From contig JBDRPD010000060.1 of assembly GCA_043827405.1 (NCBI GenBank), positions 9,301-73,300 on the forward strand: DNA of 64,000 bases, written 5' to 3'. Positions 17,918 through 26,963 of the stretch are shown piece after piece; within the stretch, counting starts at the first letter, position 1; every line of letters begins with the position of its first letter. The position numbers were made by a program, and so were the translations under genes. This DNA is from Elusimicrobiota bacterium (lineage in GTDB: Bacteria; Elusimicrobiota; Elusimicrobia; UBA1565). Under the pieces are notes generated by a model that saw only the letters and a program-made list of their open reading frames with translations, ran no database searches and was not told the origin of the DNA.

Positions 17918-18415
17918 ATGCCGGATCATCGATTATGCTGGCTGCTGTCCGCCGCCGTGCTGCTCATGCTGCCGAGCGGCCGCGCGCAGTGCAATCCGCG
18001 CACCGACGCCGCGATCGCCCGCCTTCTTAATCCCAAGGTAGTTCGCGCTGAAGCGCTCCGTGACGCCGCGCACTCCGCCATCGCCCTGCGCGCATCTTCC
18101 ACTATCGAAGGCGATCAGGCCGCCCTGTCCAAAGTTTTCGACGGCACGCGCGCAACCGCGGCGGCGGCGGCCTCCCGCGGCCGCTATAATCGCCGCAACC
18201 GACTGCCGCTCGATTATTCTCAACTGCTCGAACATACCATGTCCCCATCCGGACCCGCTCAGCTGCGGGCGGCGGCCGCGCAGCCCTCCGTCCCCGAGCG
18301 CATCCAGGCATCCGTCAGCACCGCCTTCGGACCATTCCGCGCCCTCCTGGAGTATGCCTGGGGCGGGCAATGGACGGGAGCGGCTCTCCTGCACAGCGTA
18401 GACGGCAGCGGCTAA
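17918..18415 (+). CDS. Hypothetical secreted protein
   Basis: Signal-peptide-like N-terminus; TAACCT 6 nt before the ATG; fills the intergenic gap. Confidence 0.55.
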   Translation: MPDHRLCWLLSAAVLLMLPSGRAQCNPRTDAAIARLLNPKVVRAEALRDAAHSAIALRASSTIEGDQAALSKVFDGTRATAAAAASRGRYNRRNRLPLDYSQLLEHTMSPSGPAQLRAAAAQPSVPERIQASVSTAFGPFRALLEYAWGGQWTGAALLHSVDGSG

Positions 18416-18421
18416 GAGACG

Positions 18422-19561
18422 CTACTTCGCCCGCAGACGCAGGCGGTCAAAGCGGAAGCGCTGCAGGTTGAAGTCGGGTTTCTCGCCGCCGACCAGCTGC
18501 GCGACGGTTTGCCCGATCATGGGAGCGAGCATCGGCCCATGCCCGGAAAAGCCGACGGCCACCCAGGCATTGGGCAGGCCGCCCAAGCGGTCGAGCAGGA
18601 AGTTGCCGTCCGGCATCCGCGTATAGTAATAGACCTTGCCCTCGATGTCGACGAAATCGCACAGATCGGGGATGATGGTCTTGAGAAAGCTGCGAGTCTT
18701 GCGCACAAAATTCTTATCGGGCTCAATCGGCGTTACCACGCCGCGAACGATCGGGCCCTTCTTGTAGCTCCCAATCTTCATGAAGCCGTGAATATGGACC
18801 GGCACACCATAGAAACCCTTTGACGAGACGGTAAACACCGGGAAATGCGCCGGCCGGTAGCGCCCCTGATTGCGCGGAGGGCGGATATACAGCGCCTCCT
18901 GCCGAGTAACGTAGACCGGCAGACGGAATTCCTTGAGGACCTCATTGGTCCACGCGCCGGACGCGAAAACATAGTTCTTGGCCTTCCACGTCTTGCCGTG
19001 CCCGTCCTTGAGCCCCTGCACTCCGCTCTTGTTCTTCATGACGCGGACGATCTTGGCTCCGGACTCGGCGTGCATGCCGTGGCGCACCCCCAGCCGGATA
19101 AAGGCCGCGATCGCCTTTTTCGCCCAGACCATCCCCGCGCCTGAATGATACAGCGCATACTTAAACGACCGCTGCTTTATCATGCGGTAGCGGTCACAGA
19201 CGACCTTGCTTTTCATCTTCTGATGCGGGATGTTGAGCTCTTCGAGGACGCGCGCGCTCTGATCCTCATAGGTCGTCTTGCCGACGGCCAGCTCCAGCAT
19301 CCCGATCTGCTGCAGCAGCTCCTCGCGAGCCTCCTGCTGGAATTCATTCCAGATCGGCAGGGCCTTGCGCGCGAGCTCGGTATAAAAGGAATCCTTGCCG
19401 TGGGTCAAGCGGAAGATGCGGACATGATCGCAGGAAGAAGCCGCCGGGTTGGCGAGAGCGCCCTGATCGAGCAACGCGACCTTGTAGTCCTTCTTCGCCA
19501 GATAATACGCCGAAGAGGCGCCAATGATGCCGCCGCCCACGACGATCGCGTCGTAAACCAT
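18422..19561 (-). CDS. FAD-dependent oxidoreductase, sarcosine oxidase/SolA (DAO) family
   Basis: IVVGGGIIGASSAY, ASS....RIFR, SGAW, YT..PDGNFLLD, GFSGHG. Confidence 0.88.
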   Translation of the reverse strand: MVYDAIVVGGGIIGASSAYYLAKKDYKVALLDQGALANPAASSCDHVRIFRLTHGKDSFYTELARKALPIWNEFQQEAREELLQQIGMLELAVGKTTYEDQSARVLEELNIPHQKMKSKVVCDRYRMIKQRSFKYALYHSGAGMVWAKKAIAAFIRLGVRHGMHAESGAKIVRVMKNKSGVQGLKDGHGKTWKAKNYVFASGAWTNEVLKEFRLPVYVTRQEALYIRPPRNQGRYRPAHFPVFTVSSKGFYGVPVHIHGFMKIGSYKKGPIVRGVVTPIEPDKNFVRKTRSFLKTIIPDLCDFVDIEGKVYYYTRMPDGNFLLDRLGGLPNAWVAVGFSGHGPMLAPMIGQTVAQLVGGEKPDFNLQRFRFDRLRLRAK

Positions 19562-19621
19562 AGAACATGAAATCCTAACTAATTTGGAAGCACAAAGGGA
19601 GCAAATAATCGCGGCGGGAGC

Positions 19622-20071
19622 TCAGCTGTAGCGCTGCCACAGCGCCGCGAGGCGGCGGCGCCAATACGTCGCGGTCGGCGGCGGCGATTCCTGACGGCGT
19701 CCGCGAAAAGAATAGCGCGTCCGGCGGCCGTCGGCGCGGGTTAGGAGCACCGTCCCCTTCATCCGATCGCCGCGGACCTCGCCCGACCAGTCGAGCACGT
19801 TGCCGTCGCCGCGGAGCAAAGAGGAAGAGAAGCTGCGGCGATCGCCGGCTTGATCCAGCGCGGCATAGCCCGCGGGCAGATAGCCGGACGACAGGTGGCG
19901 TGTCGAGGTAAAGCGCCCCCGGTCGAACACCAGCGTATCCTTCTTGGGCAGCGCAAACACCGCTTTCGCCCGCATGCGGACCCCCCACACCGAACCATCC
20001 AGTGCCGCCGAGGTCAGCGCGCGATACCCAAAAAACAGCGCGGCAAGAAGCGCCGCCAGGATGACCCGCAT
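19622..20071 (-). CDS. Hypothetical exported protein
   Basis: Hydrophobic N-terminus and beta-rich mature region; divergent from 20143 across an AT-rich spacer. Confidence 0.7.
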   Translation of the reverse strand: MRVILAALLAALFFGYRALTSAALDGSVWGVRMRAKAVFALPKKDTLVFDRGRFTSTRHLSSGYLPAGYAALDQAGDRRSFSSSLLRGDGNVLDWSGEVRGDRMKGTVLLTRADGRRTRYSFRGRRQESPPPTATYWRRRLAALWQRYS

Positions 20072-20142
20072 ACCCTTGGATGTAACAGGTTTCCTGGAAC
20101 TTTCAAGTACCTATTTGTTACATTTGAGTTAAGAGCAAAATA

Positions 20143-21684
20143 ATGTTCATACGGATTATGGCGGCGCTGCTGCTGCTTACCACCACGGCTGAAGCGAAAT
20201 CTCTTCGCGTCATGGCGTTCGGGCCGAAAGGTCAACTGCTCAACACCGCTGAGTTTCTGCGCCATATCGCCCCCCAGGCACACAAGGACAACGGCATCCC
20301 GGTCGCCCTCAGCGGGCTCCACCTGATGGACATGGACGGTCGGCCGGTCCCGGAGCGGCCGTGGTGGAAACCGGACGCCGACAAGCCGGTCTGGGAGTGG
20401 GAAGGCGCCGAACGGGTTATGATCTCTCTGCCTTGGCCCATCGTCAAGGACGGCTTCTCCACGGTACTGCTCGACGGCAAGGGCAAGGGTTATTTTGACG
20501 GCCAGGCGATACTGCTCAACGAGGAGATCGCGGTCACGGCCTACCGCCGGATGCAGGAAGCCCTGAAAGCCCGCAAGGCCGGCCAGCCCTCCTACACGCC
20601 GAGCAAGCGGGTTGAAAAGATGATCAGCCAAGCCCAAAAGACCCTGTCCAAGGCGCACGCCGCCAAGGAGCCGCGTAAGAAAGCCCGCATCTGCGACCAG
20701 GCGCTGACGCAGACCTCCTACGCCTGGCAGCAGGTCCTCTATGAGCACGGACAGCAGGTGATCCACGACCCCAAGGCCGGACCGCAACAGCGCTTCGGCG
20801 TCTCTCTAGACGAGACCCTGATCGACCGCATCCATGACTTCGAAACAATCGCGGACGCGATCGACCGCCTGGGCGCGAGCTGGGTGCGGCTGGTCTTTAG
20901 CCTCAACCGCCGCGACTTCATTTACGCCAAGGAAAACTCCTTCGCACCCTACGACAAATTCGTCGAAATGCTCGCGGCGCGCAAGATCCGCGTCATGGGC
21001 TCGGTCCTTGACAGCATGCTGTGGCCCAAAGACCTGACGCCGCAGGCGTATCAGGACCGTACCCGCAACCTGGCGGCTCACTTCCAGGATAAAATCCGCA
21101 GCTGGGAGATCGCCAGCGAGCCCAATGCGGACTGGCTCGGCGGCACGCAGCGGCCCTTGGCGCGGGAGGACATCCTGCTCTGCGTGCAGAAGGCCGTGGT
21201 TGCGGTCAAAAAAGTGGACGCCTCGCTGGAAACGGTGGCCACCCTCCATTGGTGGGAAGGCACGTCCAGGCGGATCGACAACGCCCTCTTTCCCTGGCTC
21301 GATTGGGCCGTTGCGCGCGGCTTCGGCCGCGGCGTCGATGTCCTGGCGCTGAGCGTCTACCCCCACCGGCACCCATTAGGCATAGCCTTCGACCCGGTAT
21401 TCTCGGAGCTGCATCGGCGGTTTCCAGATAAGCCTTTAATGCTCGGCGGATTCAGCTATGTCGACGGCGCGAAATTAAACGGGTATTGGTGGCTCGAAGC
21501 GACCAATATCCGGGACGCCCGCAAGGACCTCCTAGTCCTATATACGGGAACGGCCGCCGCCGTCCCCCATGGCATCGGCGGAGGCTTCTACTGGCCTACT
21601 TTGACCCAAATGCTCCCCCCGGGACGCAAACCCACCTCGATCTACGCCCTCTACCAGCGCACCCTCAAGCGTCTGCGCCGCTAG
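20143..21684 (+). CDS. Secreted protein with a C-terminal glycoside hydrolase clan A-like TIM barrel
   Basis: Signal peptide; WVRLVF, WEIASEPN (acid/base position), DVLALSVYP, PLMLGGF, GGFYW. Confidence 0.7.
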   Translation: MFIRIMAALLLLTTTAEAKSLRVMAFGPKGQLLNTAEFLRHIAPQAHKDNGIPVALSGLHLMDMDGRPVPERPWWKPDADKPVWEWEGAERVMISLPWPIVKDGFSTVLLDGKGKGYFDGQAILLNEEIAVTAYRRMQEALKARKAGQPSYTPSKRVEKMISQAQKTLSKAHAAKEPRKKARICDQALTQTSYAWQQVLYEHGQQVIHDPKAGPQQRFGVSLDETLIDRIHDFETIADAIDRLGASWVRLVFSLNRRDFIYAKENSFAPYDKFVEMLAARKIRVMGSVLDSMLWPKDLTPQAYQDRTRNLAAHFQDKIRSWEIASEPNADWLGGTQRPLAREDILLCVQKAVVAVKKVDASLETVATLHWWEGTSRRIDNALFPWLDWAVARGFGRGVDVLALSVYPHRHPLGIAFDPVFSELHRRFPDKPLMLGGFSYVDGAKLNGYWWLEATNIRDARKDLLVLYTGTAAAVPHGIGGGFYWPTLTQMLPPGRKPTSIYALYQRTLKRLRR

Positions 21685-21712
21685 CGCCTCTTGACAGCGC
21701 AAATATGGTCCC

Positions 21713-21741
21713 TTGACAAGATGAGGCCCCGGCATTACACT
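21713..21741 (+). promoter_or_regulatory. sigma70 promoter of the TPR kinase gene
   Basis: TTGACA (21713-21718), 17 nt, TACACT (21736-21741). Confidence 0.75.
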
Positions 21742-21773
21742 CAAAATAGAGGAAAAATATCCGTTTTTCGTTC

Positions 21774-24227
21774 ATGACCATGGGAAACCCCTTGAAACCC
21801 GCCCTTTGGGTCGCGCTGTCGGCTCTGCTCATCCTGCCGCGAAACGCCCAAGGATCAACCGGCACCGTAAAAGTCGAACAGCCCCCACCGGAGGAAAAGG
21901 CGGTCGTCTTCCTGCCCGTGCCCAAAGTTGATGCCGAAGGCAGCGCCACGCTGGGCAACGTCTTCGCGCTTATCGGGGATAATAAGCAGACGGAAACTCT
22001 GAGGCAGAACCTCACCAGCGGTCTGAAGGAAAAGGGACTGCCGCTGGACGCCTTCGACTTAAACACCTCCGCGCCCCAACCCGGCAGCAAGGCGGCGAAA
22101 TTTGAAAGCGAATTCCTGGCGGAGAACAAGGGGGAGCTTCTAGCCATCTCCCGGCAGATAAACAAGACCGCCGACACGCCCCAAGAAAAGGCGCAAGCCC
22201 GGGAAGTTACCACCTACCTCGCCGACGTCTACGTAAGGACCGCGACGGAAACCCGGCCTGATAATTACCGCACCGCCATCCAATTCACCGACACCGTCGT
22301 CGAAAACTACCCGGACGACACGCGAGCGCGCACGGTGCGCGCGCAAGCCAATCTGGGACTCGGACGGCATGAGGCCGCAATCGAAGACACCTCCTTCGCC
22401 GTCGAGCGCAACGAGAACGACGAGCGCGCCTATATGCTGCGCGCCCTCGCCTATTACCAGATGAAGAACTACACCCAGGCGATGGAGGACGCCAAGCGAA
22501 CGTTGGCAATCAATCCCAACAATCAGACCGCGTTCCGCATCGCCAAACTCTCTCATGGACGCATCACCAAGGCCGAGGACCTCGGCATTACCGCGATGCA
22601 GAAGGCGGCCTCCAAGCAGATCGAGCGCGAATACAAGAGCATGCTGCAGCAGCGCAATCAGGTCGAAACCCAAGCTCCAACGGTCAACCCGAAGGAAATG
22701 CAAGCCCGGGCCCCCGGGCATGAGCGCGACCAGATCGTCGACTCCCTCAACGTGCGCGCGCAGAGCAAGATCAAAATGGGGGATCCGCACGCCGCGATTA
22801 AGCTTTCCAATAAGGTCCTGCAGCACGCGCCCGAGAACCCGGACGCCCTCTATGCGCGCGCCGCCGCCGAGAATCTCATGGGCCAATACGAAAACGCGGT
22901 TGAGGATGCCACCGCAATCCTGCACCGCGACCCGAACCACCACCAGGCCCTGGACGCCCGCTCCCTGGCGCTGATCAACCTGGGGCGCTTTCACGAAGCC
23001 ATGGTGGACGCCGACAAGTCGATGTCGCTGAAGCCGGAGAGCGCCTATTCCTACAAGAACCGGGCGATGGCCAAAGAAGGCCTGGGCGATATCGCCGGCA
23101 TGATCGCTGATTACAAGGCGGCGGCCCGGCTGAGCCCGCAGTTCGAAACAGACCTGAAAGATGTCGCCGATAAATATCAGATCGCTTTAGACCCCGCGAT
23201 CCTCAACGAGCGGGCGGTACCCGGCGAACCCGCGCCCAAGGCCGCCAAGAGCGGCCGCAACCGCCGCTTCGTCGTCGTGCTGGCCAGTTCCATCACCGGC
23301 GGACTCCTCATCGCGATCGGGCTCGTGCACATTCTGCTTGGCGGGAAGAAGGACAAACGCGTCGCAATCACCGGAGCGGGCACCGCGACCGCGAAAACTC
23401 TCGGCGGTTCGGGCCTCGACGCGGGTTTTACCATCCTCAAAGAGGTCGGCCACGGCGGCATGGGCATCGTTTATGAAGCCATGGATAAGGCGCTCGACCG
23501 CAAGGTCGCCATCAAGAAGATGCGCGATGAAATCCATGACGACGCGCGCCAGCGCGAACGCTTCCTGGAAGAGGCCCGCATCGTCGCCCGCCTCCACCAC
23601 CCAAACATCGTAGACATCCACAACATCATCGAGGAAGACGGCGACCTGTACATGATATTTGAGTATGTAGAGGGATCGACGATCGACCAGATTCTGGCCA
23701 AGAAGCGGCGCCTGACCATCTCGGAGGCGCAGTTCATCGTCCACGGCGTCACCAATGCCTTATCCTACGCCCATACCAAGGGCGTAATTCATCGCGATCT
23801 CAAGCCCTCCAACATCATGATCACCAAGGAGGGCGTGGTGAAGGTCATGGATTTCGGAATCGCCCGCCAGGCCCAGGATGCCATGGCGGCCTCCACCAAA
23901 ACCAATACCGTGGCGGGCACGCCGCATTACATGGCGCCCGAGCAGGAACAGGGCATCGTCCGCAAGGAGTCCGATATCTTCGCGCTCGGCGCCTGTCTCT
24001 ACGAAATGCTGACCGGCGAGCGCCCTTATGCCTCACCCGCAACCACGGACTCGAAGATCAATAAGCGCTACCAGAAAGCGTCGCGTGTGGCCGCCAATCT
24101 CCCGCCCGAGCTCGACGCCCTAATCGACGCGGCCTTGGAGCCGGACCCCGAGAAGCGCATCCAGACGGCCTCCGAGTTCCGCAGCCGCCTGGACGAGATC
24201 AAGTCGTCCGACGAGCTGCTGGCCTGA
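21774..24227 (+). CDS. Membrane Ser/Thr protein kinase with extracytoplasmic TPR repeats
   Basis: Signal peptide, TPRs, a TM helix (FVVVLASS...ILLG), then Hanks motifs GHGGMG.VY, VAIK, HRDLKPSN, DFG, GTPHYMAPE. Confidence 0.93.
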   Translation: MTMGNPLKPALWVALSALLILPRNAQGSTGTVKVEQPPPEEKAVVFLPVPKVDAEGSATLGNVFALIGDNKQTETLRQNLTSGLKEKGLPLDAFDLNTSAPQPGSKAAKFESEFLAENKGELLAISRQINKTADTPQEKAQAREVTTYLADVYVRTATETRPDNYRTAIQFTDTVVENYPDDTRARTVRAQANLGLGRHEAAIEDTSFAVERNENDERAYMLRALAYYQMKNYTQAMEDAKRTLAINPNNQTAFRIAKLSHGRITKAEDLGITAMQKAASKQIEREYKSMLQQRNQVETQAPTVNPKEMQARAPGHERDQIVDSLNVRAQSKIKMGDPHAAIKLSNKVLQHAPENPDALYARAAAENLMGQYENAVEDATAILHRDPNHHQALDARSLALINLGRFHEAMVDADKSMSLKPESAYSYKNRAMAKEGLGDIAGMIADYKAAARLSPQFETDLKDVADKYQIALDPAILNERAVPGEPAPKAAKSGRNRRFVVVLASSITGGLLIAIGLVHILLGGKKDKRVAITGAGTATAKTLGGSGLDAGFTILKEVGHGGMGIVYEAMDKALDRKVAIKKMRDEIHDDARQRERFLEEARIVARLHHPNIVDIHNIIEEDGDLYMIFEYVEGSTIDQILAKKRRLTISEAQFIVHGVTNALSYAHTKGVIHRDLKPSNIMITKEGVVKVMDFGIARQAQDAMAASTKTNTVAGTPHYMAPEQEQGIVRKESDIFALGACLYEMLTGERPYASPATTDSKINKRYQKASRVAANLPPELDALIDAALEPDPEKRIQTASEFRSRLDEIKSSDELLA

Positions 24228-24326
24228 TCCCCCCCCCTGCGTCCAAGCAAAAAGTCTTTGTAATTTATAAATATTCAACAGAATGGCCCCCATAAGCCGC
24301 AGCGGGCTTTTTTGTATACTCTACAG

Positions 24327-26963
24327 ATGCCTTCCGTCGAGGACAAGCGCGGGGCCGGCAAAGGGGGCCCCACCCCGGTCATGAAGCAGTACCATGCCCT
24401 CAAGGCGGCATATCCGCATGCCGTCATGTTTTTCCGCCTCGGCGATTTCTATGAGCTTTTCGAAGAAGATGCCAAAATCGCGGCTCCCGTCATGGGAGTG
24501 GTGCTGACCCAGCGCGCCGGACTGCCGATGTGCGGCGTCCCCTATCACTCCTACACCAATTATCTGCGCAAACTGCTCGCGGCGGGCTTCAAGGTCGCGA
24601 TGGCTGAGCAGATGGAGGACCCGGCGAAAACCAAGGGTCTGGTCAAGCGGGCCGTTACGCGCGTTGTGACCCCGGGGACTTTGGTCGAAGACGAACTGCT
24701 CCAGGGATCCGCGACCAATTACCTGGTAGCCCTCGAGATAGACACCATCGGCTGGGGCATCGCCTGCGCCGAGGTCTCCACCGGCGAATTCTGGGCGACC
24801 CAGGCGCTCGACGACCACAACCATCTGCGGCTGTATTCCCTGCTGGCCAAGATCGATCCGGCCGAGCTTATTGCCCCGCGACGCGCGGTGGAGGAACTGC
24901 GGCTGAAGAATCTGCTCAAGTCTGGAACCGCGATCTCGGAATGGAAGCGGACGTCCTCGGAAACGCAGGTCCCGGAGCACTGGGACAGCCGGTCCATCTG
25001 GCGCAACCGCCAGCTCGCGCTCAAAGCCGCGCTGACCGCGCGCAGCTACATCGAGAGCACCCAGTCGCACCTCAAGGAAGTGCTTAAGCCAAGCTACCGG
25101 GAAGCGCGGCCGGAGATGCAGCTCAATGAGGCCGCCATTCGCACCCTCGAGCTCGTCGATTCGCAGACCGGCGGCCGCAAGCTGACACTGTGGGGCATCC
25201 TGGACCGCACGCTCACGCCGATGGGCAGCCGCCGGCTCAAACAGTGGATACTGCATCCGTCCACGGAGCTGCCCGAAATCGAGCGCCGCCTGCACTGCGT
25301 CGAAGAGCTGGCCGACAAGACCGACACCCGCGACAGCCTGGGCGGCCTGCTGGATGAAATCTCGGACCTGGAACGCGTAATCAACCGTATGGCAACGCGC
25401 TCGGCGGCACCGCGCGACCTGGCCGCCCTGCGCGACTCCCTGCTGCAGATCCACTCGCTGGAAAAGTGGCTGAAAGACGGTCAGTTCTTCTCCGGGCTCG
25501 CCGCAGTGACGGATGCGCTCAAGGAAGTAGCGGATCCTATTCGCAAAACACAATCCTTGCTCGATCGCTCCCTCGTCGACAACCCGCCCGCCAAGCTGTC
25601 CGATGGCGGCCTCTTCGCCGCCGGCTACGATCAGCGGCTGGATGAACTCCGCGCGATCAAAACGGACAGCCGGAGCGTGCTCAAGGAGCTCGAGACGCGG
25701 GAGCGGAAAGAAAGCGGCATCGCGTCGCTGCGCGTCGGATACAATTCCGTTTTCGGCTACTATATCGAAGTTACCAAGACCCATTCAGCCAAGGTCCCCG
25801 CCCGCTACACGCGCAAGCAGACGCTGACCAACGCCGAGCGCTATATCACCCCCGAGCTCAAGGAGCTCGAAACGCGCGTCCTCGGAGCCGAAGACAAGTT
25901 CCTGCGCCTCGAAGCGGAACTATTTGAGGACTTGCGCTCCAAGATTCTCGAGCATAACGGCGAGATCCGCCGCTTCGCGGAGATCGTTTCCGAGCTCGAT
26001 GTGATGCGCTCGCTCGCGGATGTCGCCGTCCACAACAACTACGTTAAGCCCGTGGTGGACCTTTCACACTGCTTTGAGATCGACGAGGGGCGCCATCCCG
26101 TCGTGGAGACCGTGCTGCCGGCCGGCACATTCGTCTCCAACGATCTGTCGGTCGACAGCGACGACTCACAGACCCTGATCCTCACCGGCCCCAACATGGG
26201 CGGGAAATCGGTCTTTCTCCGGCAGAACGCGCTGATAGCGATCATGGCGCAGATGGGAAGTTTTGTCCCCGCCAAGTCCGCGCGCATCGGCGTTGTCGAC
26301 AAGGTCCTTACCCGCATAGGCTCCCAGGATCAGCTGACCCGCGGCGAATCCACCTTTATGGTGGAGATGAAGGAGACCTCGCATATCCTCCAGGCGGCGA
26401 CCCTGCGCAGCCTGATCCTGCTCGACGAGGTCGGACGCGGCACTTCCACCTACGACGGCATCTCCATCGCCTGGGCGGTTATCGAGCACCTCAACCGGCT
26501 CGGCCTCGGCGGCGAGCGGGCCGAAAAAGCCGCGGGCCGCGGACCACGGACCCTGTTCGCCACCCATTACTTCGAGCTTACCGAACTTGCGGATCTCCTC
26601 AACGGCGTCAAGAACATCAGCGTCGAGGCGCGGGAATGGACCAACGCCGCCGGACGCACCGAGGTAATCTTTCTGCATAAGATATCGAAGGGCCCGGCCG
26701 ATCGGTCTTTCGGCATCCATGTGGCCGAGCTCGCGGGACTGCCGGAAGGGTGCCTGCGGCGCGCCCAGGAAATTCTGCACGGCCTGGAGAACGAATCCCG
26801 CACCGCATCACCAACCTCCGCGGCCAAGCCCGAATCACCGCAGCAGGACCTGCCGTTTTTCGACGAGCATCCGGTCCTGCATGATCTGCGGCTGCTGGAC
26901 GCCGACGCCCTCACCCCCATCGAAGCGCTTAAAAAGCTCTCCGGTTGGAAAAAGCAGCTTTAA
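24327..26963 (+). CDS. mutS: DNA mismatch repair protein MutS
   Basis: TPVMKQY, FRLGDFYELF, GPNMGGKS, STFMVEM, DEVGRGTSTYDG, FATHYFEL. Confidence 0.98.
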   Translation: MPSVEDKRGAGKGGPTPVMKQYHALKAAYPHAVMFFRLGDFYELFEEDAKIAAPVMGVVLTQRAGLPMCGVPYHSYTNYLRKLLAAGFKVAMAEQMEDPAKTKGLVKRAVTRVVTPGTLVEDELLQGSATNYLVALEIDTIGWGIACAEVSTGEFWATQALDDHNHLRLYSLLAKIDPAELIAPRRAVEELRLKNLLKSGTAISEWKRTSSETQVPEHWDSRSIWRNRQLALKAALTARSYIESTQSHLKEVLKPSYREARPEMQLNEAAIRTLELVDSQTGGRKLTLWGILDRTLTPMGSRRLKQWILHPSTELPEIERRLHCVEELADKTDTRDSLGGLLDEISDLERVINRMATRSAAPRDLAALRDSLLQIHSLEKWLKDGQFFSGLAAVTDALKEVADPIRKTQSLLDRSLVDNPPAKLSDGGLFAAGYDQRLDELRAIKTDSRSVLKELETRERKESGIASLRVGYNSVFGYYIEVTKTHSAKVPARYTRKQTLTNAERYITPELKELETRVLGAEDKFLRLEAELFEDLRSKILEHNGEIRRFAEIVSELDVMRSLADVAVHNNYVKPVVDLSHCFEIDEGRHPVVETVLPAGTFVSNDLSVDSDDSQTLILTGPNMGGKSVFLRQNALIAIMAQMGSFVPAKSARIGVVDKVLTRIGSQDQLTRGESTFMVEMKETSHILQAATLRSLILLDEVGRGTSTYDGISIAWAVIEHLNRLGLGGERAEKAAGRGPRTLFATHYFELTELADLLNGVKNISVEAREWTNAAGRTEVIFLHKISKGPADRSFGIHVAELAGLPEGCLRRAQEILHGLENESRTASPTSAAKPESPQQDLPFFDEHPVLHDLRLLDADALTPIEALKKLSGWKKQL

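Noticed and set aside
24294..24313. Small hairpin plus T-run before mutS
   Set aside because: The stem is only about 5 bp and overlaps the mutS promoter spacer; too weak to call a terminator.
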